From positions 20,536 through 84,535 of the forward strand of contig JAJRXF010000102.1 of the NCBI GenBank assembly GCA_024276425.1: a DNA stretch of 64,000 nt, given 5' to 3'. This document shows, piece after piece, positions 26,323 through 35,928 of the stretch. The first letter of the stretch is position 1; every line of letters begins with the position of its first letter. The translations under genes were made by a program, and so were the position numbers. The notes beneath the pieces were generated by a model that saw only the letters and a list, made by a program, of their open reading frames with translations, was not told where the DNA came from and did not search any database. Origin of the DNA: Actinomycetes bacterium (lineage in GTDB: Bacteria; Actinomycetota; Acidimicrobiia; Acidimicrobiales; SZUA-35).

Positions 26323-27945
26323 ATGGACCTGAAGTTCAGCAATCGTTTTTCCCGCCAACTGCCAGCCGACCCCTTGGTCGACCGGCGGTCTCGGGAGGTT
26401 CGTGGAGCGTGTTTCTCAAGGGTTGAGCCCACCCCAACCTCGAAACCTCAACTCATCGCTAGCTCAATCGAAGTTGCCAAAGATCTGGGCCTCACCGAAG
26501 AAGATGTCGCCTCCGATGAATTCCTCCAAATGGTTACCGGGAATCTCGTGCTGAAAGACATGGACCCCTACGCCGCGTGTTACGGCGGCCACCAGTTCGG
26601 CAACTGGGCTGGACAACTCGGCGACGGACGAGCAATCGCCCTTGGCGAGGTAGAGACACCAAGCGGCAAGCATCTCACTCTCCAACTGAAGGGCGCAGGC
26701 CCCACCCCGTATTCCCGTGGGGCCGATGGCTATGCGGTGCTGCGATCCTCCATCCGAGAGTTCCTATGCAGCGAAGCAATGCATCACCTCGGTGTACCAA
26801 CTACCCGGGCCCTCAGCCTTGCCCTAACCGGGGATGAGATTGTCCGCGACATGCTCTATGACGGCAACCCCGCCCCTGAACCCGGAGCGATCGTTTGCCG
26901 GGTCGCTCCCTCGTTCACCCGGTTCGGAAACTTCGAACTGTTCGGATCCCGCGGAGAAATAGACGAACTTCGCCAGCTCTTGGACTTCACCATCCGCACC
27001 GACTTCCCCCATCTGGGTAACCCGTCCCCTCAGACCTATATTGCCTGGTTCAGCGAGGTCTCCCAGCTCACCGCGCAGTTGATGGTGCACTGGATGAGGG
27101 TCGGTTTTGTTCACGGAGTCATGAACACCGACAACCTCTCGGTCCTGGGTCTAACCATCGACTACGGCCCCTACGGCTGGTTAGAGAACTTCGATCCGAA
27201 TTGGACTCCCAATACCACAGACAAAACCCACGGCCGCTACCGATATGGGGCCCAGCCGCAGGTTGCCCAATGGAACCTGGCCCAACTCGGCAATGCGATC
27301 TATCCCCTCATCAATGATGCCGAGCCGCTCGAAGCCGTGTTGAGTGACTATGTGAGCCACTACCGACATGGCTTTCGGGCCATGATGGCGTCCAAGTACG
27401 GGTTGGCCGACTGGGATGAGGCCGAGGGCCCGGACGTCTTTTCCGAAGGCAGCCATCTTGACAGCCTGATCCACGGCCTCAACTCGGTCATGGCCCTAGC
27501 CGAAACCGATGTCACAATCTTTTATCGCCGCCTCGCCGACATCCCCACCTCCGCCATGCACGAACCAGACGACATCCTGGTCAACCGGTTGGGGGACGCC
27601 TTCTATGTCAAGGACCAGATCACCGCTCGCGTAATCATGGCCATGTCTATCTGGTTACGTTCCTATCTTGATGCCGCCAGCACCATCGCGTCCAAACTTG
27701 GAACAGACGATGCCCAGCGCCGCTCGGCAATGAACAACGTCAACCCCAAATACGTTCTGCGAAACTACCTGGCCCAGCTTGCCATCGATCAGGCCACCGA
27801 GGGTGACTACTCCATGATTGGCGAACTGCTCGAAGTCCTGCGCCAACCCTATGACGAACAACCCCAGTTTGAGCACTATGCAGCCAAGCGCCCAGATTGG
27901 GCCAGGACGAAGGTGGGGGCATCACAGCTCTCGTGTAGTTCCTAG
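26323..27945 (+). CDS. selO: Protein adenylyltransferase SelO (YdiU/UPF0061)
   Basis: YGGHQFGNWAGQLGDGRAIALGEV and GVMNTDN motifs. The C-terminus is ...LSCSS, with Cys at the antepenultimate position. Confidence 0.92.
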   Translation: MDLKFSNRFSRQLPADPLVDRRSREVRGACFSRVEPTPTSKPQLIASSIEVAKDLGLTEEDVASDEFLQMVTGNLVLKDMDPYAACYGGHQFGNWAGQLGDGRAIALGEVETPSGKHLTLQLKGAGPTPYSRGADGYAVLRSSIREFLCSEAMHHLGVPTTRALSLALTGDEIVRDMLYDGNPAPEPGAIVCRVAPSFTRFGNFELFGSRGEIDELRQLLDFTIRTDFPHLGNPSPQTYIAWFSEVSQLTAQLMVHWMRVGFVHGVMNTDNLSVLGLTIDYGPYGWLENFDPNWTPNTTDKTHGRYRYGAQPQVAQWNLAQLGNAIYPLINDAEPLEAVLSDYVSHYRHGFRAMMASKYGLADWDEAEGPDVFSEGSHLDSLIHGLNSVMALAETDVTIFYRRLADIPTSAMHEPDDILVNRLGDAFYVKDQITARVIMAMSIWLRSYLDAASTIASKLGTDDAQRRSAMNNVNPKYVLRNYLAQLAIDQATEGDYSMIGELLEVLRQPYDEQPQFEHYAAKRPDWARTKVGASQLSCSS

Positions 27946-28208
27946 CGACCGCACTTTTCGCGTGCCGCCTCGAGGATGCTTGCGAGGCCTTCTTCATCAT
28001 TCGTGTCAGGAGATTCCGCTAGCTTCTCAAAATCGGAAATATCGAACCTCCCAGCGGTAGCCTGAGCAAGACAGCGGGCCTCTTCGGGAGTGGCCTGATG
28101 GTCGGTCAACCATTGCTCAATCTCAGCCTGACGGCTCTGCTCACTAGGTCCACCACAACCCGACAGTGCAACAAGACCAATCGCGACAACACCGACTATC
28201 TTCCTCAT
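27942..28208 (-). CDS. Small lipoprotein
   Basis: MRKIVGVVAIGLVALSGCGG has a lipobox LSGC. 88 aa. Confidence 0.6.
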   Translation of the reverse strand: MRKIVGVVAIGLVALSGCGGPSEQSRQAEIEQWLTDHQATPEEARCLAQATAGRFDISDFEKLAESPDTNDEEGLASILEAAREKCGR

Positions 28209-28275
28209 GGTGGCAACTTCCTCCTACTGGCATGGTCGGCAAGAGGGGCACAGAATTTAATCTCGCTCCTCCAGG

Positions 28276-29538
28276 TTGGTTGTTGTAGGGTCCGAAAGTG
28301 TGACCATCAAAGAACCGCACCACCCTCTTCTCCACCCCTTCGCAATCCCGGCAAAGGCCGAGTCGGACTTCATCAATATCGTGTCCGGTGCAGGCACCAC
28401 CTTGCATGATGATCAGGGAAGGCGCTACCTCGATGGAATGGCTAGCCTTTGGTACTGCCAGGTGGGCCATGGTCGAACCGAGATTGTCGACGCCGTCGCC
28501 AATCAACTCAAGCAGACCGGCAGTTACAGCATCTTCGATCCGTTCACCTCCACCATTGCCCGCCGAGCGGCCGAGATGATTGCCGAGCGCTCACCTCATG
28601 CCGACGGTCGGGTGATGTTTGGCTGCTCCGGCTCCGAAGCAGTCGACACCGCCCTGAAGTTTTCTCGCCTGATTCAGCAACGGCGCGGGCTTCCAGATAA
28701 GCAGATCATCATCCGCCGCACCGACGCCTATCATGGCACGACCTTTGGCGGCACGGCATCCCAAGGACTTGCGCCCAACCGTGAGGGTTGGGGAGACCTC
28801 GACCCGAATTTCATCGAGATCCCACAAAGCGACATTGAGGCCATGGCCACCGTTTTTGGTGCCCATGGCGATCGAATAGCTGCGGTCATTAGCGAACCAG
28901 TCCAGGGAGCCGGAGGAGTGTGGCCCCCAGTCGAGGGATACCTCGAGAACATGCGCCGACTTTGCGACCAGCATGGGGCGCTCCTGATATTTGACGAAGT
29001 CATCTGCGGGTTTGGTCGAACCGGTTCATGGTTTGGTGCACAAACCTATGGTGTGACCCCCGACCTCATGACCTTCGCCAAGGGCGCAACGTCGGGGTAT
29101 CAACCCCTTTCAGGAGTCATCATTAGCCGCGCGGTGGCCGACGAACTGGAGGAAGATGACTCGTTCCTGCTCCGTCACGGTTACACCTACAGCGGCCATG
29201 CTGGGTCCTGTGCCGCGGCCGTCGCCAATATTGAGATTATCGAACGTGAGGGGCTGGTGGAACGAGCCAACCACATCGGCCGGGAAGTCACAAAAGGCTT
29301 CGAGGCGCTCAAAGGAGACGGACTCATCGAGGGCTACCGCGGGGTTGGGGCAGTATGGGCCGCCGACCTTGGCGAGCCAGCAGCCGAGTGGAGCCGAAAG
29401 ATGACGGCCAGAGGCCTAATCAGTCGAGGGTTCGACGACGCCCTAATCTTGTGCCCACCCTTGGTCATTAGCGACGACGAGATCGCCGAATTTGTCGAAG
29501 GGATCGCCGACCTTCGCCGCCAAATGGCACCAAGGTGA
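28276..29538 (+). CDS. Class III (omega) aminotransferase, PLP-dependent
   Basis: DEVICGFGRTGSWFGAQ and TFAKGATSGYQPLSG (PLP lysine). Start uncertain (TTG 28276 or GTG 28300). Confidence 0.88.
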   Translation: MVVVGSESVTIKEPHHPLLHPFAIPAKAESDFINIVSGAGTTLHDDQGRRYLDGMASLWYCQVGHGRTEIVDAVANQLKQTGSYSIFDPFTSTIARRAAEMIAERSPHADGRVMFGCSGSEAVDTALKFSRLIQQRRGLPDKQIIIRRTDAYHGTTFGGTASQGLAPNREGWGDLDPNFIEIPQSDIEAMATVFGAHGDRIAAVISEPVQGAGGVWPPVEGYLENMRRLCDQHGALLIFDEVICGFGRTGSWFGAQTYGVTPDLMTFAKGATSGYQPLSGVIISRAVADELEEDDSFLLRHGYTYSGHAGSCAAAVANIEIIEREGLVERANHIGREVTKGFEALKGDGLIEGYRGVGAVWAADLGEPAAEWSRKMTARGLISRGFDDALILCPPLVISDDEIAEFVEGIADLRRQMAPR

Positions 29539-29553
29539 ATAGTTTTCGCCCCT

Positions 29554-30000
29554 CTACCGTGCCCTCAAAACCTCAAGTGCCTTATCAGCGTGAGCGTTCA
29601 TGCTGGTCTCGCTGTTGATCACGGCGAGAACCTCACGGTTGGTGTCAATCACGAACGTCGCCCGTTTTGTTGGCAGGAACCCCATCCGCTTCACCCCGAA
29701 TTGTTCCAGGATGCCTTTCTTCGGGTCCGAAAGCAGCGGGAACCCAAGGTCGTTGTCTTCGGCGAATTCTCGTTGCCGACCAACCTGGTCGGCACTCATT
29801 CCCACGATCGTGGCTCCCAACTGTTTGAACTCCGATTGCAGATCACGGAAATGTTTCGATTCAATCGTTCAACCAGGAGTTTTGGCCTTGATATAGAAGT
29901 ACAAAACGATTGGTCCGGTGTTCAACAGATCGCTCAGCTTGACCGATTCTCCGTTCTGGTCCAGTGCGGAAAAATCTTCGACGACAGCGCCGACTTTCAT
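29554..30000 (-). CDS. bcp: Bcp/PrxQ-type peroxiredoxin with an in-frame TGA (29869-29871) at the peroxidatic Cys position: candidate selenoprotein, alternatively a pseudogene
   Basis: Two same-frame track ORFs (29869..30066 and 29554..29820) join into MKVGAVVEDFSALDQNGESVKLSDLLNTGPIVLYFYIKAKTPG[TGA]TIESKHFRDLQSEFKQLGATIVGMSADQ... This is colinear with E. coli Bcp [23 protein letters not shown]. Confidence 0.7.
29833..29867 (-). promoter_or_regulatory. Candidate SECIS-like stem-loop starting 2 nt after the in-frame UGA
   Basis: CGAUUG (29867-29862) pairs with CAAUCG (29838-29833), enclosing AUCG/UGAU and an 11-nt apical region. Folded by eye only. Confidence 0.3.
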
Positions 30001-30070
30001 GGAAGTTCTCTCAGAGGCATTCCTGCACCCTAAAGTAATTCGACGCACTGGTTCCAATAGGTGCAAGATC

Positions 30071-30144
30071 GGGCCCGTAGCTCAGTTGGTTAGAGCACAG
30101 GACTCATAATCCTTTGGTCGTGGGTTCGAGCCCCACCGGGCCCA
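30071..30144 (+). tRNA. tRNA with CAT anticodon (elongator Met, or Ile2 if lysidine-modified)
   Basis: GGGCCCG-TA-GCTC..GAGC-A-CAGGA-CTCATAA-TCCTT-TGGTC-GTGGG-TTCGAGC-CCCAC-CGGGCCC-A. Lacks initiator features. Confidence 0.92.
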
Positions 30145-30327
30145 CGTTTTCGCCTCCGGCGAAACTGGAGTTTCGGCGCTAGGGCGCCAAAACATCCACA
30201 ACCCCAACACCCCACCCAACTCCACATCCAACAAAACTGGAGTTTCGCTCACTAACCGAGCTACTCGTTAAGGTCTGGTTTCCTCACGTGACTTAGTATC
30301 CCCTTACTCACACAGAGGTGAATTCTG

Positions 30328-31380
30328 ATGACTGATAGTGTCAATCCGAATGCTGGTTGGTACCCGGACCCTCAGGTTCCGGGCACTCAACGTTGGTGGG
30401 ATGGAAACGCCTGGACTGAATACACCCAGGCCATCGTCCAGCCAACTCCGGCACCAACCCCCGCCGCGACTCCTCCTGCGCCAGCAACGATGCCCGAATT
30501 CATCCCACCGGTATCTCCTGGTGCTGCCGCTCCCGGGACGGTGGACACCCCAACCAAGAAGTCCGGCAGCACGTTCCCTATCGTGCTTCTTGTTGGGCTC
30601 GCAGGTGCCCTCGTTCTGACAGTCATTGGTGGGGCAGCACTTCTATTTCTTGGGTCCTCCAACGACGAACTAGTCGAGGCCGTCTCAACATCGGCCTCGT
30701 CCGAGGGCGATGTTGACGAGGTAGACGACGCCCCTGATGAAGCCAGCGGATCGAACAATGTTTCGCCCGGATCCGACGCAGATACGACGACCTCGACCAC
30801 CGAAGACTCACAACCAGCAACGACCACTGACTTCGCTGGTGCCGACGGTGTTTTGTCCTGCACTCGAAATGAAGGCGGAGTTCTACTCGAACTCGTCAAC
30901 GGGGGAACAGAGACCTCAACCTACTTTCTTACCGTCGGGTTCTTTGATGACGCCGGAACTCGCTTGGCCGACGAATTCACTTCGGTAAACTCGGTCCGTC
31001 CGGGAGAGCGAGTAATCCAAGAATTCTTCATGTTCGAAGATGCCGGGACAGTCTGTGAGATCATCGAAACCGAACGATTCCCCGTCCAGAGCGAAGCCGA
31101 TCAACTGGCCGAAGTTGAAGACTGCGTCATTGGTTCCGAACCGGATGCTTTCGGAGACTTCAGCGCATCCGTGTCGGTTACCAACACCACGTCCATCACA
31201 AGCGATTACTCAATCGATGCCGCCTTCATGGATGCCGAAGGAATAAGGCGCGGCCATGGATCAGCCTTCATCCAGTCTGTTCGTCCCCAAGAAACAGCCC
31301 CCGGAGACTTCTTTACCACCGCGGAATTCGCAGAAGGTTTCACCTGTGAAATAGTCGCAGTCGTTCGCTTCGACTCCTAA
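30328..31380 (+). CDS. DUF2510-domain membrane protein with two tandem FxLYD-like extracellular domains
   Basis: N-terminus GWYPDPQVPGTQRWWDGNAWTEY (DUF2510), a Pro-rich linker, one TM segment, then two ~90-aa repeats each bracketed by Cys (LSCTR...VCEI and EDCVIG...TCEI). Confidence 0.75.
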   Translation: MTDSVNPNAGWYPDPQVPGTQRWWDGNAWTEYTQAIVQPTPAPTPAATPPAPATMPEFIPPVSPGAAAPGTVDTPTKKSGSTFPIVLLVGLAGALVLTVIGGAALLFLGSSNDELVEAVSTSASSEGDVDEVDDAPDEASGSNNVSPGSDADTTTSTTEDSQPATTTDFAGADGVLSCTRNEGGVLLELVNGGTETSTYFLTVGFFDDAGTRLADEFTSVNSVRPGERVIQEFFMFEDAGTVCEIIETERFPVQSEADQLAEVEDCVIGSEPDAFGDFSASVSVTNTTSITSDYSIDAAFMDAEGIRRGHGSAFIQSVRPQETAPGDFFTTAEFAEGFTCEIVAVVRFDS

Positions 31381-31442
31381 ACAACCCTTGTCCACCAAGG
31401 GCACGATTCCCTACCAGGCAGTGGTGGCTGGCAGAATGAGGC

Positions 31443-32654
31443 ATGACCTCTTCGGCACCGACGAACGGACCCCTTGACGGGGTGCGAGTTATTGACCTGA
31501 CCACGATCGTCATGGGGCCAATGGCCTGTCGCATTCTTGGTGACCTGGGCGCAGATGTCATCAAGGTTGAAACTTCCGAAGGCGACTTTATGCGCCATTT
31601 CGAACCCAAGACTTCCGCTGGCATGAGCGCATTCTCACTAAACATCAACCGCAACAAGCGAAGCATAGTGCTCGACCTAAAATCTCGAACCGGCCGCCGG
31701 GCCATGCTCGACCTCGTCGCCACCTCCGACGTTCTTGTCACCAACATGCGTCCGGCTGCCCTTGAACGTCTCCGCCTGTCCTATCAAGACCTCCTGGGGG
31801 CAAAAGACGACCTGATCTACTGCAGCGCCGTCGGATTCGGCTCAGAGGGCCCCTACGCCGGTCAAGCGGCCTATGACGACGTCATCCAAGCCGTTTCCGG
31901 TTTGGCCAGCATGGCTGCTTGGATTGGAGACGAACCAGCGTTTACTCCCAGCATCATCGCCGACAAGGTAGCGGCCCTACACATTGTCTATTCCGTCAAC
32001 GCTGCTCTATATCGACGGGAGACAAGCGGCCTGGGTGACCACATCGAAGTTCCAATGGCCGAACTCATGGCCGCCTTCAACCTCACCGAGCACCTGAATG
32101 GACACACCCTGGAACCCAAGCAGGAGCCCTTCAGCTATCCCCGTCTGCGGACCAAGCACCGCAAGCCCCGCCGATCAGCCGACGGTTGGGTCTGTCTCAT
32201 GCCCTATTCCGACCAAAACTGGAAAGACTTCTTTGAACTCGCGGGCCGACCAGACCTGGCTGTGGACCCTCGATTCGCCAGTATCAATGACCGGATTACC
32301 AACATTGACGCCTTGTATGGCTACCTGGATGAGTTGACCGATCAGAAAACCACAGCCGAGTGGCTTCGAGTGTGTGACGACCTGTCGATACCGGCAACTC
32401 CAGTCAACAACCTCGAAGACCTGGCCGAAGATCCTCACTTTGCCGCCGTTGGGCTGTTGGAACTCACCCGACACCCATCCGAGGGCGCCTACCGGGTGAT
32501 CAAGGATCCGATCAGTTTTGCCAGCGGAAACGCCGGTTTGCACCGCCACGCCCCCAGGCTTGGCAACGACACAATCGAGATCCTGTCCGAGTTGGGCTAT
32601 GACCAGGACCGCATCGACCAGATCACGTCACGACTGGACGCTGAGTCTGAATGA
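31443..32654 (+). CDS. CaiB/BaiF family (class III) CoA-transferase
   Basis: GPLDGVRVIDLTTIVMGPMACRILGDLGADVIKVE N-terminal signature. 403 aa. Confidence 0.9.
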   Translation: MTSSAPTNGPLDGVRVIDLTTIVMGPMACRILGDLGADVIKVETSEGDFMRHFEPKTSAGMSAFSLNINRNKRSIVLDLKSRTGRRAMLDLVATSDVLVTNMRPAALERLRLSYQDLLGAKDDLIYCSAVGFGSEGPYAGQAAYDDVIQAVSGLASMAAWIGDEPAFTPSIIADKVAALHIVYSVNAALYRRETSGLGDHIEVPMAELMAAFNLTEHLNGHTLEPKQEPFSYPRLRTKHRKPRRSADGWVCLMPYSDQNWKDFFELAGRPDLAVDPRFASINDRITNIDALYGYLDELTDQKTTAEWLRVCDDLSIPATPVNNLEDLAEDPHFAAVGLLELTRHPSEGAYRVIKDPISFASGNAGLHRHAPRLGNDTIEILSELGYDQDRIDQITSRLDAESE

Positions 32655-32661
32655 AGTATGG

Positions 32662-32734
32662 CTCCGGGGGTGGGGCTCGAACCCACGACCTATTGATTAA
32701 CAGTCAACCGCTCTGCCAGCTGAGCTACCCCGGA
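32662..32734 (-). tRNA. tRNA-Asn (anticodon GTT)
   Basis: TCCGGGG-TA-GCTC..GAGC-G-GTTGA-CTGTTAA-TCAAT-AGGTC-GTGGG-TTCGAGC-CCCAC-CCCCGGA-G, 73 nt. Confidence 0.95.
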
Positions 32735-32857
32735 TCGGGTCAGGTGAATATAGCAAAGGTATGGGCCAAAGGACGCACCCAATTTCCGAATCGGGCTGCC
32801 CACCCCGTTTCGCGCTCCCGAACCGTCCTTGATGCTGGTCAGTACAAACGACGCTCG

Positions 32858-34141
32858 TCAGTCCAAATAGTCCCGAAGTCGGTCGCTCCGAAGGGGGTGT
32901 CGAAGCTTAGCCAAGGTCTTGGACTCGATCTGGCGAATTCGTTCCCGGGTAACGCCAAAGGCCCGCCCCACCTCTTCGAGGGTTCTGGGCCTACCGTCCT
33001 CAAGACCGAATCGGAGTCGTACAACCTCGGCCTCACGCTCAGAAAGCTCTCCCAGCACGTCCTGGACCGTTTGGGCAAGCAGCTTTCGGGCAGCCACATC
33101 AAGGGGCGCGGCTCCCTTGTCCGGTATGAAGTCGGCCATGGAAGTGTCGTCTTCGTCCCCGATTGGAGTATCGAGGGATAACGGGTCCTGTTGGGCGATC
33201 CGCAGTATCTCGGTCACCTTCTCCTCGGTCAGATCAACAGCTTCGGCGATCTCGGCGATAGTCGGTTCTCGTTCGAGCCGCTGCAACATCGAACGTTGAG
33301 CACGAACGACTTTATTGATGGCCTCCACCATATGAACGGGAACCCGAATCGTCCGAGACTGATCGGCAATCGCTCGGGTGATCGCCTGTCGAATCCACCA
33401 GGTGGCATAGGTGGAAAACTTGAAACCCTTTGAGTAGTCGAACTTCTCTACCGCCCGCATCAGCCCAAGATTGCCTTCTTGGATCAGATCGAGCATCGGG
33501 ACACTTCGGCCAACGTAACGTTTGGCGATAGAGACAACGAGCCTCAGGTTGGCCGACGTCAGTTCGCTACGTGCCCGGTCGCCATCGCTAATGGTGCGCC
33601 GCAACTGTCGCTGTTCGAGCCGATCTAGCTTGTCCCATGTCCCCTCGGACAAATGATCGGCCACAACAGAGGTGGCGCCCGCGCCAGCTTCGATTCGCTT
33701 TGCCAGCCAGACTTCTTCCTCCGCCTTGAGCAGGGGAACCTTCCCGATTTCCTTCAGGTACATGCGCACCGGGTCAGATGAGCTGGAGGCTTGGGCCATG
33801 GCGGCCGCAGCGACTCGGGTGGCATCAAAGGCACGAGTCCGACGAAATCCGAGGGGCTCCGATCCTGTCGTGTCGGTTGAGGACTCGGGCTTGTCGGTGT
33901 GGACCCAGTTCTGGGACCCGTTTCGGGCCACTTCGCGAACAGACTCATCTAACAAGATGTCGTTTTCGGCCAAGAATTCGCGTACCTCGTGCATGACGTC
34001 TTCGGTAATCGAAACTCGTTGCAGCACGTCACTGACATCGACTGGAGTCAGAGGACGCCCCACCCGGGCGCGCAACTGCAGCCGATCTCGGTGCTCGTCG
34101 GTAAAGGAGGAGCCACGTACAACTGTGGGTTTCTTGGTCAA
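32858..34141 (-). CDS. sigA: Primary (group 1) RNA polymerase sigma factor
   Basis: [26 protein letters not shown] (region 1.2), [55 protein letters not shown] (region 2), and region 4 [18 protein letters not shown]. The TTG start overlaps the dnaG TGA. Confidence 0.93.
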   Translation of the reverse strand: MTKKPTVVRGSSFTDEHRDRLQLRARVGRPLTPVDVSDVLQRVSITEDVMHEVREFLAENDILLDESVREVARNGSQNWVHTDKPESSTDTTGSEPLGFRRTRAFDATRVAAAAMAQASSSSDPVRMYLKEIGKVPLLKAEEEVWLAKRIEAGAGATSVVADHLSEGTWDKLDRLEQRQLRRTISDGDRARSELTSANLRLVVSIAKRYVGRSVPMLDLIQEGNLGLMRAVEKFDYSKGFKFSTYATWWIRQAITRAIADQSRTIRVPVHMVEAINKVVRAQRSMLQRLEREPTIAEIAEAVDLTEEKVTEILRIAQQDPLSLDTPIGDEDDTSMADFIPDKGAAPLDVAARKLLAQTVQDVLGELSEREAEVVRLRFGLEDGRPRTLEEVGRAFGVTRERIRQIESKTLAKLRHPLRSDRLRDYLD

Positions 34142-35919
34142 GAGGGATCTCCGGGCGAACTAGTCCACCAACCTAGCAAGCCCTCGACCGCCGGTCCCCT
34201 TCGCGCCGGATCTTGTAGCTGTTCTAACTGAGCCTTAAACCAAGAAAGATCGGAGTTCGAAGCGGAAATATCTGCTGGCGTTTTGGCTTTGCGGGCCAAC
34301 TGTTGGTTGTCCTGGATGCGGCGTTGTAGATAGTGCGACCAAAGCAGGCTGGCCACATCCTCCGGCTCGGCCGACGTCTCTTCTACCGAGAGCCTCTGGA
34401 TCGCTTCGGCTACCGCAGGGCTACTGGCTTGGATGGCCAGGTGCAGCGTCTCGTGTTGGCATAGTTGGCGGTAAAGGGCCGCGTACAACTCATCGGCAAA
34501 CAAGTCCGGCACCAGAAGGGGTCCCATGACCTCCGGGGTCTGCATCATCAAGCGCAGCCCCTCGGTCTCGGGCGAATCTCGGTAATCGCGAGGCTTGATT
34601 GGCTGACGGCGAACGGCCCCGTCGGGACTAACTCTCTTTCGTGGCCCCTCGGCCAAGATCTGGCGAACAAGATTCGGTTCGATCCGACAACGCCCAGCTA
34701 TTTCCATGGCGTATTGATCCTTGACCAGCGCATCGGGATGCTCGGCCACCATCTCGAGCGCGGCCTTCGCAGTTCGAGCGCGTCCTTCCACCGTTGCCAT
34801 ATCTCCAGCGTTGAGCGCCCGCTCTACCCGAAAGGCCAGGAACGGTTTGGCCTTCGCTACAGCCTCAGCCAGCCTGGCCGGATCGCTACGAGCCAGATCG
34901 CCTGGGTCGACTCCGTCCGGAAGATCGGCGACGGCTACGTCAAGACTGTGCTTCTTTTCCCACTCATAGAACTTCGCTGCCGCGTTCTGACCTGCCGAGT
35001 CAGCATCAAAGGAGAGTACAACTCGCCGAGCAAACCGGCTCAGCATTTTTACGTGCTCCTCGGTCAGAGCAGTCCCACATGTCGCCACCGCACGAGTCAC
35101 TCCGGCCTGGCCATAACCGATGACATCGGTATAGCCCTCGCACACGATGACCTCATCTGCGGCCACGATGTCCGTCTTGGCCCAGTTCAGTCCATAGAGC
35201 ACTCGACTCTTGTGGTAGACCCCAGAATCGGCGGAATTACGATACTTTGCTGGATCATCGGACCCGGGCAAAACCCGACCACCGAAGCCCATTGCCCGAT
35301 CTTGGGCGTCGAAGATGGGAAACAAAACGCGCCCACGAAAGAAATCGTACTGCCCTCCCCGATTGTTGATATTACCCAATCCGGCATCGACCCAGTCCCG
35401 ATTGGGAACACGAAGCGCCTTGGAGAGTTGGTCCCAAGAATCCGGTGCCCACCCAATCTGGTATTGCCGAACAATGTCGCCGTCATAGCCGCGCTGGCGA
35501 AGATAACTTCTGGCGGCGGCGGCATCCTTACCAGTAAGCAAACGTTGGTGATACCACTGGACGGCGCGACCAATGGTCTCGTGCAGCTTGGCCCGACGTT
35601 TACGTTCCTCACCCTCGTTCTTGTCGGTGTAGTGCAAGGTGAAGTCGGACTTGGCTGCCAACCACTCCACGGCGCCAACAAAGTCCAGTTGCTCCTGCTC
35701 GCGCACGAACGTGATGACGTCTCCTTTTGCCTGACAGCCAAAGCAGTAATACAGGCCCTGCTCAGCGTTCACGGAAAACGATGGCGACTTCTCGGTGTGA
35801 AATGGGCACAGACCGGTAAACCGACGTCCAACGCGACGAAGTTGAGTGTAGTTGGAGATCACCTGAACAATGTCGGCGCTCTCCCGCAAACGCACGATGT
35901 CCTCATCAACAATCCCCAC
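34138..35919 (-). CDS. dnaG: DNA primase
   Basis: Zinc-binding domain [34 protein letters not shown], followed by a TOPRIM region ([10 protein letters not shown]). Confidence 0.93.
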   Translation of the reverse strand: MGIVDEDIVRLRESADIVQVISNYTQLRRVGRRFTGLCPFHTEKSPSFSVNAEQGLYYCFGCQAKGDVITFVREQEQLDFVGAVEWLAAKSDFTLHYTDKNEGEERKRRAKLHETIGRAVQWYHQRLLTGKDAAAARSYLRQRGYDGDIVRQYQIGWAPDSWDQLSKALRVPNRDWVDAGLGNINNRGGQYDFFRGRVLFPIFDAQDRAMGFGGRVLPGSDDPAKYRNSADSGVYHKSRVLYGLNWAKTDIVAADEVIVCEGYTDVIGYGQAGVTRAVATCGTALTEEHVKMLSRFARRVVLSFDADSAGQNAAAKFYEWEKKHSLDVAVADLPDGVDPGDLARSDPARLAEAVAKAKPFLAFRVERALNAGDMATVEGRARTAKAALEMVAEHPDALVKDQYAMEIAGRCRIEPNLVRQILAEGPRKRVSPDGAVRRQPIKPRDYRDSPETEGLRLMMQTPEVMGPLLVPDLFADELYAALYRQLCQHETLHLAIQASSPAVAEAIQRLSVEETSAEPEDVASLLWSHYLQRRIQDNQQLARKAKTPADISASNSDLSWFKAQLEQLQDPARRGPAVEGLLGWWTSSPGDPS

Positions 35920-35928
35920 CGTCGAAAC

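Noticed and set aside
30145-32661. The 2.5-kb segment between the convergent tRNA-CAT and tRNA-Asn genes, considered as an integrated mobile element or genomic islet
   Set aside because: No integrase, recombinase or phage/plasmid genes. The direct repeats found are only 14 nt long and 72 nt apart, both on the same side. Content is one membrane protein and one CoA-transferase with ordinary composition.
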